Below the pieces are notes generated by a model. It made no database searches, had not been told where the DNA came from, and saw nothing but the letters and a program-made list of their open reading frames with translations. Position numbers and translations under genes: made by a program. 64,000 nt of DNA, taken from NCBI GenBank assembly GCA_964252035.1, contig OZ176204.1; one strand, given 5' to 3'. Of the stretch, positions 13,512 to 27,650 are shown piece by piece. Source of the stretch: Podarcis erhardii (Eukaryota). How positions within the stretch are numbered: position 1 is the stretch's first letter; the number at the start of each line of letters is the position of its first letter.

Positions 13512-15050
13512 TAAGGGCTTCATTTGAGTTACAAGAACCTTCCTGAAACTTTAGATCACTGACATATTTTAACTCAGAAGGTCCTATCTTATGAAATGTG
13601 GTTGTTTGTAATGGACTAGTGTATGTCCTTATATTGTTTAAGTTTAAAATAGAGCACAACAGGTAGTAGAAATACAGTAAAATCTTGACATATTAGCTGT
13701 TTCCTTCTCCAATTAAAGTGCCAACGGCTCTGCTTTTAAACAAAGTGCATTTACAGACTGTGTTTAGTAGCAGAATCCCAGATAGGATAGCCAATACCAT
13801 CTATATGTCGGCTCCTTGTATGAGCGACTGCTCCTGCGATCCTAAAATGTTTCAGTACTGCTCATTTTGAGACTTCCAAGTTTAAAGAAAATTGTATTTC
13901 CAGGGTCCGTTCATTTCTGAGTTGTGTTTGGTAAAGAAAAACAAAAGAATACCACTAACATCTGCTGAATAGGCATAGCATCGCATGTACATGCAGAGAT
14001 AAGAAGAACTGAAATACCATGCAGTTTTTGAGCAAGCTTTAGTCATGCCAGTTTCATCCACAGAGAAACAAGTTTCACAAAGTTCAAAAGATATGGGAAG
14101 AGGAAAATAAATTTAGATGGCGATAAAACAGAACACCATTACTTTGAGCAAACATCAGCTACAGGAAACAGAGTGGGGGGAGGAATGGGGTGGAAGGAAG
14201 AAATGCTTACCAATCTGGAACAGATTACATCACAATCTTGGTAGAAAAAGAAGGCTGTTCTAATATTTTATTCTATAGCTGTATGCTGGTCACCAGTTAG
14301 TCATTAGGACTGCCTACAGCGTCGGCTGACTTCAGCCCCAAATGGAATTTGTAGCTGCTCAACTACTTTATGTTACTCTAGATCTTGAATTTGCAAATGA
14401 GCATTCACAAGAGTTCCTTGCATCAAAAGGGAACTGCTTACAGGAACTTTGCAATAAAGAATATCATGTTGCTTGTTAAGGTATCTGAAGTTGGTTGCAG
14501 TGTATTGGTCTAATAAGCTACAAATTAACACCTGAATTTCTGCACATTATTAACTCAGATGGGTCTGATTCAGAGTTAGAATGAAGTAAGGCTGCTCACA
14601 TGGGCTTTAACTGGTATACTGGTAATGGATATATTATTTCCTCCAAACAGCTGAAGAACAATTTATTGTGTATTCAGGTATTCTTTTATCTGCTTGAACG
14701 CTAGAGACAAATAAGGCGTTTTGGTGCAGATTATATTGCTCTGCTCAGAAAATTCATATGACTACTTCTGGATTCTCTTATGGGTTAAATTAACCTGTTA
14801 TGGAATAACAAAAAAACATAATAGGGGACCAGAGAATCTGCCTTATGTCTCAATTAATCAACTCTTTCCATTAGTGGACAAGAGAGCAGAACTCAGCTCT
14901 AGGAATCGTTGGATCCATCCCAACAATGGCATATGGGTAAATGCTTCTTGCTCACCAGCTACAATGTTAAAATTTGGCCATATACCGCTGCAGGGCAAAA
15001 CATAACCTGATCTTTCTCTTCAGTTAGGTTGTAACAGTAAGCAAGTACAC

Positions 15051-15412
15051 AAGGTAAAGGTAAAGGGACCCCTGACCGTTAGGCCCAGTCGTGGACAACT
15101 CTGGGGTTGCAGCGCTCATCTCCCTTTACTGGCTGAGGGAGCTGGCGTTTGTCTGCGTACAGCTTCTGGGTCATGTGGCCAGCATGACTGAGTCACTTCT
15201 GGCGAACCAGAACAGTGCACGGAAACGCCGTTTACCTTCCCACCGGAGCAGTACCTATTTATCTACTTGCACTTCGACGTGCTTTCAAACTCCTAGGTTG
15301 GCAGGAACTAGGCAGAGCAATGGGAGCTCACCTCATCCTGGGGATTCGAACTGCCGACCTTCTGATCAGCAAGCCCTAGGTTCAGTGGTTTAGACCACAG
15401 CGCAACCCGCTT
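15051..15412 (-). mobile_element. Sauria SINE
   Basis: Reverse complement of the 58183-58510 copy; (ACCTTT)n-type tail read as aaggtaaaggtaaaggg on the plus strand. Confidence 0.9.
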
Positions 15413-15769
15413 GCAAAGTACATAATATTTACTAATACCACGAGTGTGGAACCTATAGCTCTCCAGAAGTTGTTGGCCTCCAATTTCCATCAGTCACAGC
15501 CAGTATGGTCCATGGTTAGGGATCATGGGAGTTGTAGCCCTCCATATGTTTTCAACTACAAGTTCCCCGTGTGTAAAATTGAAGCATTTAAATCTAGATT
15601 TCTAAATAGGACCAGTTTCATATAAACATGCTTAGTGAATATGTAATGGAAGTGAGTATTGGAAAGCTGAATTCTGGTTTCATAAGTTTTTTTCATTTTT
15701 TAAAAATGGTGCATTTTGGGAAAACTCCAGTTTCAAATTTATGAGGAAAAATTGTTGCATCAGGGTTAC

Positions 15770-15903
15770 CTCCTTTTACTGCTTAGAGTATTTGAGTGTG
15801 TCATTGTCAGAGCCTGTGTCTCAGTTACTTCCTTTGCTTGAACTATGTTGTCTGGTAAAGGTCTCACTTCTTTTTCTTCAGGCTGTCCACACACTTTATC
15901 TAC
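15770..15903 (-). CDS. Glypican-5-like internal exon, equivalent to exon 4
   Basis: Acceptor ttttattgcag|GTA GAT AAA and donor AGG AG|gtaacc; 134 bp, phase 0 to 2. Encodes VDKVCGQPEEKEVRPLPDNIVQAKEVTETQALTMTHSNTLSSKR, with the conserved V.CG.P and TL..RR motifs. In frame with the 695-bp exon. Confidence 0.92.
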
Positions 15904-16281
15904 CTGCAATAAAACGGAGGGAGAGAAAATGATTACATGATAAGAACTAGCAGGCATGCTTAGCATCAAAGCTCCAACGGTGGAGAACCTACATGAGAAG
16001 GACCATGGGATGGAGATGGAGTATCAGGATAGCCATGCATTTGTTCAATTGCGTATTTATATGCATTATCTCTATGTGTTGTCCATATGAGAACACACAT
16101 CCACCTGTGGTTCGTCTGCAACAAAAAAACAAGCACTTGCATGGGGCATGTGCAATGTAGGAATTGCAAGAGGCACTGAATGCATTTCCATCAGATTGCG
16201 CAACACATGTATCAGAGAGGGGTTTGTGTGAGTTGTAGGACCAGCTCCTGCATGTAGCCATGGTGTGAAATGACCCTAAAG

Positions 16282-16416
16282 CAGGCTTAGGCAAACTCAG
16301 CCCTCCAGATGTTTTGGACTACAATTCCCACAATCCCAGACCACTGGTCCTGTTAGCTAGGGATGATGGGAGTTGTAGTCCCAAAACATCTGGAGGGCCG
16401 AGTTTGCCTATGCCTG
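16282..16416. mobile_element. Palindromic hAT MITE
   Basis: TIR caggcttaggcaaactc / gagtttgcctatgcctg, long internal palindrome, perfect 8-bp TSD ccctaaag at 16274-16281 and 16417-16424. Degenerate relatives lie near 10865-10995, 15440-15560, 38640-38750 and 41710-41820. Confidence 0.92.
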
Positions 16417-16579
16417 CCCTAAAGGGTTGAATACAGATAGTACAGCAGTGACGAAATCATTCCAATTCACTGTAAAGGAGCATGCTTATATTTCCAGAAT
16501 ACTTCTGAAACTTAATAAGCTATTAAAATTTAGTATCAAAATAGAAAGTTGAAGTAGAGCAGTATTATAACAAACTATG

Positions 16580-16580
16580 T

Positions 16581-16624
<44 letters not shown>

Positions 16625-17175
16625 CTATTATTATTGTTGTTGTTGTTAATTAATTTATTTATTTATACCCCGCCCATCTGGCTGGGTTTCCCCAGCTACT
16701 CTGGGCAGCTTCCACCAAAACATTAAAATACAATAATTCAACAAATATTAAAAACTTCCCTAAACAGGGCTGCCTTCAAATGTCTTCTAAAAGTCAGATA
16801 GTTGCTTATTTCCTTGACATCTGATGGGAGGGCAGGCACCACTACCAAGAAGGCCCTCTGCCTGGTTCCCTGTAACCTCACTTCTCACAATGAGGGAACC
16901 ACCAGAAGGCCCTCGCAGCTGGACCTCAGTGTCCAGGCAGAATGATGGGGGTGAAGAAACTCCTTCAGGTATACTGGGCTGAGGCCATTTAGGGCTTTAA
17001 AGGTCAGTACCAACACTTCGAATTGTGCCCGGAAACATACTGGGAGCCAATGCAGATCTCTCAGGACCAGTGTTATGTTGTCTTGGCGGCCGCTCCCAGT
17101 CACCAGCCTAGCTACCACATTCTGGATTAGTTGTAGTTTCCAGGTCACCTTCAAAGGTAGCCCCACGTTGAGCGT
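16580..17175 (-). mobile_element. L2 LINE 3' fragment with microsatellite tail
   Basis: The translation GLPLKVTWKLQLIQNVVARLVTG...LHWLPV matches the C-terminus of the 48529-50370 ORF; an (aac)n/(att)n tail lies at 16580-16648. Confidence 0.9.
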
Positions 17176-20100
17176 TATGTTCTGGCTTGCAAGAGCAATC
17201 CTTTCATATCCATCACCTAGAGTTTTGAGATATCAGCCATGTGGGCTGGAGGAGGTCCTCTTTTTAAAAAAGTGGTTTTGATGTTGCAGTGGCACGGCTT
17301 TAGAAGCCCTGCCAGTTGTGCTAAGAATGAAAATGGATAAACATCATCATATGTACCATGTATCAAAAATCAGGAATTCCAGGGGACCCCCAAGGTTTGA
17401 AGAAGTACTGAAAAAACTGCTTGGAGAGAAATGGAAAATTGTGTGGAAGGCAAAATAAAACAAAAAGTATTCAGTGCCTGCAATGATTATATCTAGCTGA
17501 AAGGATGGAAGACACCTGCAATTCAGTTAAAATTTTAAAAAAGCAATAAACAATGCAGCAATTCTAAAACTAAAGGCCAATGACAACCCCAATGAATACA
17601 TTGCACAACATGAACCGAATGGAAATGATCAGTAACACAAATGATTACAATTAAAGCTTAGCCAAGCTCTATTGCTACATACTAATTGCTTTACTTCTGC
17701 TTTTTTAGTTGAATTGCATGTGATTCCTTGAAACACACATGACTAGCCCACAAATTATTTATTATAAACACTTCAGTGTGCTGTTTTCTTCTTCTTCTAA
17801 CTTTCACAATAATAATGGTAATGTTATAAGGAGGTATGAAGCAGAAAAGAAGTCCAAAAAGAAATACTCAAAAATTTCTTAGAGATTATGGTGATGGGTG
17901 ACTCTCACCATCCCTGGCAACTGGCCAGGGCTGATCTGGAAAGCCATAGGTTCCCTATTCCTCTGCCTTATCTTCCAAATAACATATAATTAAGGGTTGC
18001 AGAAACATTAGCTGAAACAAACAGAATGAGAGTTTTAGGTGGCTGACCTATTAATGAAAGCTTGCAGCTGTACATTTTGCAGTGTGTTACTGAAATGATA
18101 TACTACCGACCTATTTTTTGTGTAATAATTATCAATAATTTGGCACCCATAGAGATGTGAATTCTAGAGTTGTGAATACACACCCCATCTGATTTGTGGT
18201 AGTTCCTCAGATATGGGACCTGATTTAACATCTCGTATTGGACCCAATCGGACCTGGGAAGACCTGAACCAATCCAGGCCACAACTTGAATTGGGGCCCT
18301 AAAAGTACTCTAGTTTTTAACATTAATACTGGCATGGGGTGGGGCAAAAATGAGGCAAAACAGCAACTCTCACCTGCATTGTTTCCTTCTCCCCCCTCCA
18401 GACTGCATGTTTAATCAACGTTTTAAACACTAATTAAACATGTGGTCAGCAGTGGGCGGGGGGAAGTCACCAACCATGTATTTCTTTAGGGTTTAAAACC
18501 ATGATTAAAGAGGTCCCTCCCCCAATTTAAATGAATAATGGTATGGAAATATTTCAAATAAATAAAGTGAGTGCAATGTATGAATAATAAAAGTGATAAC
18601 TAATGGTGAAGTCTAAAGGTGAATGCAGCATTAATTCCTATCATGGAATATTGTTTGACAGCACCATATACTGTATTTTCCTTGGCTATTTTGTTTTCCA
18701 TACCAATAGCTGGTTGATAACTGGTAAGTGTAGCCTATCAGTCTCAGCAGTATGCCTGTCTTTCTTAATTCAAGAAGTTTACATACATGAAGCATTGTGC
18801 AGTTATTACAAATAATCACCATTTCAACAGCTTCACACCAAAAAGGAGAAAAAAGATGCCCTCATTTGTCCTTTGAATTCTCACAGCTTGAGAGACCCAA
18901 CAGATTCAGATCATATTTAATATGTCTATAATCAAATACAGAGGGGGGGAAATATCTCCTTCTAAAACTGGAAATCTCTTATCTCGCTAAATCTCCAGAT
19001 CCTTTACTCTCTGTTCAGAGACATCTCCGATTTCTGAAAGGGAGACATTTTTCAGGGGCGAATCTAGCTTGCAGAGAGTTGAAAAGGTATTTTAAATTAT
19101 TGCAGACATTTTGCAAATATTCAGTGTAATTCCAGGCGCGGTGTATTAAAAAATAAATAAATCCCAGCAATGTGGCAATATGATCTTTTGAACTGACTCA
19201 TTGCTTTGTGTGACCTGAAGACGCTTAAAAGGATAATGGCTATCTGCGCAAAGATACCCTTAAGATCAAGTACTAATCATTCTTGACTGTCAACTCGTAC
19301 CTTGTTAGCGGTGACGTTTGGCTTTGGATATTGACAATCAGAAAAGGTTTGTGCCTAAGGGTATAATTACCATAGTCCGGTAAATAAAAGGGGAATCTAT
19401 TGGGAATCAATTCAATAAATCCTTTTAAAAGCTCTCAAAAATATTAGGTAACTCTTTAGAAAGATAGCATAAGAAGAAATCAATTTAAAAGATTTCCATT
19501 TTAATTCAATTTCCATTTTGGAAATTAATTATATTAGGCCAGAGATGTCCTGGGAGCTCATGTTCTCTTAGCTGGAATTAAAAAAAAAAAAATTATCAAT
19601 GTATGGCTGAAGCTTTTTTCTTTCTTTCTAAGTCATGTCCTCTTGTAAAACACACATAAAGAAACATGAGAACAGTCTTCACAATACTGAGTAAAATAGT
19701 AATTAATCTAAACATGGCTAATAGAAAGCATGCACAACCAAAGCTCTTTAATTTAAAAAGGTTTTAAAAATCTATAGCTTTTCCCTATACAGGGAGAAGT
19801 CAGCCAAAACATTTTTATTTTTTTGGCAGGCATTTGTGGGTATTGTTTTCCAAATGGGATTTTGATCCCTACAGTCTGATTTAACTTTTTAAAATGATGT
19901 TTTAATGTGACTGTGATTATTTTTGTTTCCTTATTATAAAAATGTACAAATGTATGTTTGCTGCTTGAAGATTTTAACGGAAGGTTGGGGTAAAAATACT
20001 GAAATTAATACATCCCACACATTTTACTTGGCACATTCTTCTGTGAATCATTTAATTTCGCAACACGGTATTTTGAAGCTGTGAAGTTGGATGAGAGGTC

Positions 20101-21718
20101 AATAAAATATTAACCTCTGTTGGTATTATGACTCTGTCTGGTTGTACACTACTCTATCCCACAGAACAAGATTTTTTTGCCTTACTCACTGCCTCATCAC
20201 TTCCCCCAGCAGACATAGACCAATTTACAAGGTCAGTTGAGCTGAATTTCTCTCTCGTGACTTTGAGCCAGAATATGAAACCAGGATCAGAATTGGTTTT
20301 CGTATCCTGGTTTCTAAACCAAGATTAAACCACAGCTTCCCCGTTCATTTGCTATGGAAGCAATGGCTTTGCAAATCCTAGAAGTTGTCTGTTATGGCAT
20401 ACAAGAGGAGGGAGGGGTTGTGGAAGCACAATGCTTGCATTAGACCAAAATAGTTATGCCTCTGTTACTTGATAGCTTGCCTAAACTGGCAGGTACCTCA
20501 TTCAAACAACAGGAAAGCTTAATTGGCCAGCCAAGAAATCACATGCTAGCTATACTTATCAGTCCTCAACATGTCCAGCAAATGGCTTATTCCCAATTTG
20601 CCCATTTGAAAACCTAAATATCTAAGCGTGTAATTTGCCTATGACTCACACCCATTGTCATGAGGCTGCTTCAGAAGCAGAGAGGTGACAATGATAATAT
20701 TATTTTTACCTTAACTCTAATTCAAATGCATTTTTATTCATATGCACCTATTTTTTATTGTGTTTTATTATTTTATAACAATATTTTATTATCTGTGGCA
20801 TGGGTGAAGATGAAAATACTCCCTTAGGATTAAGTCCTTATCTTCACAAGACACTGACTTACCGCTTGAGTAAACTACAGTCCAATTTAGAAAAATCTGA
20901 GATGTTTCAACTGCATTTATGTACACATTAGGTGCTCAGTTGATGACATATATGGTATTCAGTAGCAGTGTGCCTGTCTATGTTAACTGCAATAACTTAT
21001 TGATTTGACCCAAAGGTCAGCATTTAGGAAACAAGAAAGATGACACCTTCTCTTTTCTTCTGAAGAACTTGTGGACTATGAATGCAGGCAATCTGTCCCT
21101 TCCTGTCATCATGCCATAAAATGTCATCCCTCCCTCCCCACTCTCTAAATATGCATGCAAACAAAACCATCACAAGTCATCACATAAAGCTTTTAAACAC
21201 CATTCAGTTCCCATGTGAATTGAAAACTACTTCATTTTGATTGAATTTGCCAGTCAATGCAGCTTATATTCTTAAACTATAGATTTCTTACTATTTCTGA
21301 AATACATATACCCTTTGAAACCTTCTGCTGTCCACACCTTTTAACTCTGTCCCCTGTCACTCTCTACTGGAAGGCTGGTTAGTACTAATAGAAATATTTT
21401 AGGTACTATTTCTACTGTTGCAGATGAAAATCTCCATTTTTTTCAATAATTAAATTATCTTATGCTAGATTTCAGCCTCCAATGACTTTGAAAGTATTCT
21501 CCACTTTTTAAATACTTCAAGCAATAGTCAAGTAATGATTTGGCATGACAACTTTTTTTAAATAAAAAAAGGTACTTTCCCCACTAGGAACAAGCGAGTC
21601 ATCACACAGACAATTAAATATGGCTATGCAAAGATGCCCCTGGAGTGTCTGCCCAGCTCTGAACCTGCTGTTGCCTTCCCCATTTGTGACAGCAATGTTG
21701 CTGCTGCTGGTTATTGCC

Positions 21719-22130
21719 ATAATAATAATATCATAATAATTTATTATTTATACCCCCAAAAAAATCTGGCTGCGTTTCCCCAGCCACTCCGGGCAGCTTC
21801 CAACAAAAGATTAAAAATACATTAAAACATCGGTCATTAAAAACTTCCCTAAACAGGGCTGCCTTCAGATGTTTTCTAAAGGTCGGGTAGTTGTTTATTT
21901 CTTTGACATCTGATGGGAGGGCATTCCACAGGGTGGGCACCACTACCAAGAAGGCAACATGCCTGGTTCCCTGTAACTTGGCTTCTCGCAGTAAGGGAAC
22001 CACCAGAAGGCCCTTGGCTCTGGATCACAGTGTCCACATTGAACAATAGGAGTGGAGACGGTCCTTTGGGTATACTTGGCCGAGGCCATTTAGGGCTTTA
22101 AAGATCAGCACCAACACTTTGAATTATGCT
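21719..22130 (-). mobile_element. L2 LINE 3' fragment
   Basis: The translation LREAKLQGTR..AF.VV.P.LWNALPSDVK matches the end of L2 ORF2; (aat)n tail. Confidence 0.9.
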
Positions 22131-25100
22131 CACACCTGCCTCTGCCTCACTGTGTGAGCCACTGCTGAGTCAGTGTGAGGCCTCAGTGGCATGAATTAGG
22201 AAGTGTGAGGGTTCAGCCACTATGCTTGTGCTGCTGGCACACTACCGGGAGCTAAGCCATGGCTTGGCTTAGTGCTGCATCCAAACTCAGAAAGGAGTCA
22301 AACTCTTCTCAACATTCTGTGTACAGAGTTGGTATATTATGGGCTGATGCAGAACAGGCTTTCTCTGTTGTGGCACCCTGAATATAGAATGCTCTCTTCT
22401 TGGAAGTCTAGCTGGTACCAACTGTGGCATCTTTATGGCAGCAGCTTGAAGCCCATTTATTTTCCAAAGCTTTCTGTGACTGAAATAATTTTTATGGAAC
22501 CATCCCACAGCATTCAGTTTTTACCTGGGTTATATTACTGGTGTCTATCTGCTCAGTGTTTAGCATATTATTGAGACATGCTTTGCATATTTGATTTCAT
22601 ATGTTTGTAACCCACATTGGGGTTGGCAAAAAAGAGGGGTGAAGTAGACATTTCCTAAATAAATATATAATATATTTAGAAACTGGTATTACGTGTTCCT
22701 GACTCCCTAACCCCCACCTTCAATTGCTTCTACAGATTACTCTATGTATGCAGAGAGTCTCAACTAGAATAAATTCCTGGATAATTTAATTTTTTACCAG
22801 CTGGAAATACTGGCTCTTTGCTTGAATTAATACTAAAAAGCAATATACCACTAAAATGAATCATTCATCCCTATGCTGATGCACTTACACAAATGCACAA
22901 GCATAATATGCTGTTATCTGAATTACATTACTATAATATAGTTCACTATATAAATTAACTTAACAAGAACCAAGAGTGATTAGATCATGAATCTTAAATA
23001 TTCTCATTCCGCAACAGCAGCACTAAGAGAAGATTGTCTCCATTCTGATCCTTTACTGATCTGTGGGCTTCACTTTCCAGCTTTCATACAGCCTTAGACA
23101 GGCATGTTTCTCCTGGTGGGATGAGAGGGAGAACAGGGATATCCTAGCTAGCTCTGTCTGCCCTGCCCACCCCCACTACCTTCCATGAACTGGAAGGCAA
23201 CCTTCCGCAGTGGGGAGAATGTTGTACTCATGGAAGCAGCATGATATCAGCTCTATATTGTGTGGAGAGCCTCTACAAGTATACAGGGTTCTTGCTCCAG
23301 ACGTTTGCCCTCCCATTTGTGAAAGGCGAAGTTGGGAAGGCACAAATCCAGCAAACAGCCTGGAACAAAAAGGGAAGGACAGGTAAGAAACAGACAGCCA
23401 GGGTTTTATCAAGATTAGGATGACAGGAGACAAGGGAGTTTGGTAGTGGGTCTTTCAGGACTCTGGACAGAGCCCAGGAAGGCGACAACAACTTGTTCCA
23501 ACTAGTGCTACTTCTCAACTGAGCTGTTTTATAGTCCCTAAGCCTGACTACATGTCACAGGCTCCACCCACTTGCTGAGCAGCGTGGAGACTTACATTCT
23601 TGGTCTTGAGTCTAGAATGAGCTTGTGCTGGGCAAGCTGCCTGTGTTTGTGTCTCAGCTCCATGGAGTGTGAGCCTCTTAGAGGTGAATATGCTTGACTC
23701 TTGCTGGCTCGGGCCCTCTGTGTTCAAGTTACTGCTGGACTCTGAGGTCATGACCAAAGGCAGTAGGACCAAGCAACAGGGAAACAACAGAAGTGGTAGA
23801 GATGGGTAGTGTGTCTCTGGTTTCCCTCATGTGATTCTATGGACATGGGAAGAACAGCTAGGATTTCTAGTTTCAAACGAATTTCTGAAACAAGAACTCC
23901 TCAGCACAGCTTCCAGTTGCTTGACATTATTTGAATCCATTTCCTATCCAGATTATTAGAGTACATGTGTTTTAAGTGTTTGATATAATTGTGCTTGTTA
24001 TTCTATCAAGCTTCTTTGTGTGAGGTGTTCTACTGACGCATCCCTGCACTACCACAGGTTGGTAAAACAATACCAAAATCTAAAATAAAATATTGATGCA
24101 ACCATATGTACAAACCACAAGATTTGTTTTCTGTGGTTTTCTTATCTATACACACAACTGCGCATGTGAATCAATAAAATGCTTCACAAAAAGTATTGTT
24201 ATGCAAACATATATATGGCTGAAATGAAAGCAGCAACAAAAGGAACATGAACAAAAATTGGATTTTTATTGTTTTAAAGGAAATAATCAAGATTTCTAAT
24301 GCATTTGACTCCACTTTAGAAATAAGGCCAGGTAATTCAGAACTCCAAACTTGAGGGAGGAAAATGTGATTTGAATAATGTCAGAACATCCCTCGAAAGG
24401 ATTCCATGGAATTTTATTTCCAAGACTCAAGGAATTATTGATTACTTGAAACTAAACAAAATCACAACTCATGTGAAAGTTCTAGAGATGAATAGATATT
24501 TAACTACCCATCTTTTATATGCCCATCACAAATAGTCTTAAAACCCCCAGCATTACAACCTAAGTTGATAGGTTGTAGGTTTGTCTTGTCCTGTTATCTA
24601 GTGCCTCTGATACATATGTATTAAGAATATTCCTGGAAACTTTCCTACTGCAAATAAATGATATGTATATTCATTTCATGCCCACAATAACAGACCGATG
24701 CATTTTAAGAGTGTCACAACAATCTGTAGCCTGTTGGATCTATGAAGATGTCTGACCTTCCAGAAATGGGCATGGAATTCTTGGCTTGTTCAGGAAGTAG
24801 ACACTGTGGCTGTGACATTTTCAACTACTGCAGTCCATTTCTGTTTGTCATGAGATAATCACAAGTGATCATCTCATGCCCAGGGTAGGTGAGACTGTTG
24901 TGTGACTGCAAATAATATAGGAGTTTGCAGAAATCACATAAAATAACTTTACTTTCATTTTGGCATGAGAGGGGCAGCTCTGTCCAACAAACGACACTTC
25001 CTTTTCTTTGAGCTGCAGAAAGGAGCCCTTTCTTTTTTTAAAAAAAAGAGAGAGAGAGAGAGAGACAGCAAGAGAATGAATATTGTATTACAATCCTTTG

Positions 25101-26124
25101 TACGCTGCCCGCCTTCCAACATGGAACCTTTAAAGCAAAGTGTAAGCATCTAGAAGTTATCCCACAATATGATGTCTCTCAGATAGGCAAAAGGTCACTA
25201 AGAAGTTACTAAAGAAAGGACTTTCAGTGGAATGTTTTTCAGTGTATACCTTCCACCACTGCCACAAAGAGAGTTATCTGCTTAAAAAAATGAATAAGGG
25301 AGAGTGACAGAGAGGGGGTAAGGTAGTTCTGAATCTAAAGTTCTTCAATAAAGCTTTTAGCTAGTTCATTGACCTGAAGTGAGATACCAGCAATGAGCAG
25401 TTGTAGAACATTTGGGTACAAGTGTCAATTTGCACTATCTTACACTATCTGTTTTGGCTATTCCACATCACACAGAAAGCAACTCTGATTTCTCTTCACA
25501 GGCCATTATTATGTTTCTTATTTTCCTACAGCCCCACAAAAAACCTACATAAAAATGAAGTGCAGATAAGCAAAACCAGTTGCACATGGACCTGCCTTTA
25601 AAAATGGTTTGTGCTTAGTTCAGAAACTTTGCCCAACTTTGCCCCCACCCCCAAAACCCTTTTGTGTCCGGATTTTCACTTTTTGAAATATGGCAACCCT
25701 ACATACTATGCCATAACGTTAGCTGCACTGGCTCAAAGTCTGTCGCTGCATCAAATATAAAGTGCTTGTTTTAACCTAGAAGGGAAACATTAACAGCTTA
25801 GGACCAGGTTAGAAGGAGTGTCATCTGGTTTCCTATTGTGCTCCCTGAACACTTAAGATTCTCTTTCGAGCTGCTGTTGCAGGTGCTTCTGCAAAGTAAA
25901 GTGAGATGGGTGTCTGCCAAAGCAGATCTTCCTCAATTGGCTGAAAACCTTTTTATTCACCCTGATTTTTCAAATCTGGTTTGTTTTTATGCTTTCTCTG
26001 TTATAAGAAAATTCTGTCTTTTATTGTTTGTTTTAATTGTTATATATTGTATATTTTAACACTGTTTCATTTGCAGGTCACCCAGGGAATATTTCTTGAT
26101 GGCAGCTGTATCATTTTTTATTAT

Positions 26125-26570
26125 TTCATTCATTCATTCATTCATTCATTCATTCATTCATTGAATTTATGTACCGCCCTATACATAAAGGTCTCAAGAC
26201 AGTTCACAGAACAAAAGCAGAATATAAAACCACAAAATAGATAATCAAAATAAAAACAACAACCCAATAACCTCCCCCACCCCCACATTTTAAAAGGGCA
26301 TAGAATGTCAATCAAATCAATCAAAGGCTTGGTTAAAAAGGAACGTTTTTGCTTGGCATCTGAAGGTGTATAATGAAGTCACCAAGTGAACTTCCCTGGG
26401 GAGAGCATCCCACAGATGGGGAGCCACTGCAGAGAAGGCCCATTCTCGTGTTGCCACCCTCCGGACCTCTTGAGGAGGAGGCACACGAAGGAGGGCCTCA
26501 GAAGATGATTGCAGTGTCCATGTTGGTTCACATGGGGAGAGCTGGTCCTTGAGGTATTATGGTCCCTTTA
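26125..26570 (-). mobile_element. L2 LINE 3' fragment with (ttca)n tail
   Basis: Homologous to 411-695; (ttca)n at about 26126-26160. Confidence 0.75.
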
Positions 26571-27650
26571 AAAAGAATCACTGAAAGTTTTAAACACAGG
26601 TGAAAAGACTTTCAAATGTGGTTGGACTACAACTCCCATTATCCATTACCATTGGCCATGCTGGCTGGGCCTGATGGAAGCTGAAAATGTCTGAAAAAGC
26701 CACAAATTCTTTCAGACCGGGTTTAAAAGGAGCATAATGTCCAGAGGCTCTGGTAAATGGCAGCTATACACCCTGATCTTGGCCATATATACTCAAAATA
26801 AGTTTTGATGAGTTTCCATGAACTTACTCCCAGCCCATGTAAGTATGCTTGGGTTGCAGTCATGGGTGCCTAAGGCCAAAATGTAAGGGCTCTTGGGTAG
26901 GCAAAGTATATTTTTCCTCAGCATATATACTGCAATGGTAGCAATCTTTTTTAAAACCCTAAAAAATATTTTAATATAGAATCCTTGTAATAATTGAAAA
27001 GAAGAGTAAATGTAAAACATGCCAAGCCTTGTTATTTTTTAAGTCTGAATTGCCTTTGGGGTAGCAAATGAAAACTCAGAAATGTAAAATATGAAAGTAA
27101 TAAAACACACAATTGCTCAGAACTTGATAATGATCTTTTTTGGGGGGAAATCTGTGGATTTCTGGTGACCTTTGATGATGAATCTGAGCGTTACATTTAG
27201 TTGAATGTATTTGAAATGAAACCTAAAATAAAAACAGCTGTTGGAAGAACATGCATGACAAACCTTTTCATTGGGAAAAAATGCTGCTTTGGAGCTATTT
27301 TGTTTTGGCTTATTCTAACTAGACTGGCATTCAGTGAATTTGATTCAATACCAGACCATTTACAGTAGCTGTTAGTGGCATCCAGTAAAGCCAACTGGAT
27401 TGTCAAACATCTCAAAATGACATTGTCAGAGCCAATTCCACCCAAGCAAGACTTATATTGCCCAATAAGTTTGGAGTGCATTTTTAAAAATGCCATTTAG
27501 CTGTGTTGGCTCCCTAAAATGCCATTTAGCTGTGTTGGAGCCTAGGAGTTATGCAGTGGTTATAGACAGACAGTGTTTTCACCAATAACAATCCTTGCTA
27601 TTCAAAGAGCAGAGACAACTCTGAGCCACTAAAGCTCTCTTCAGAAATTA

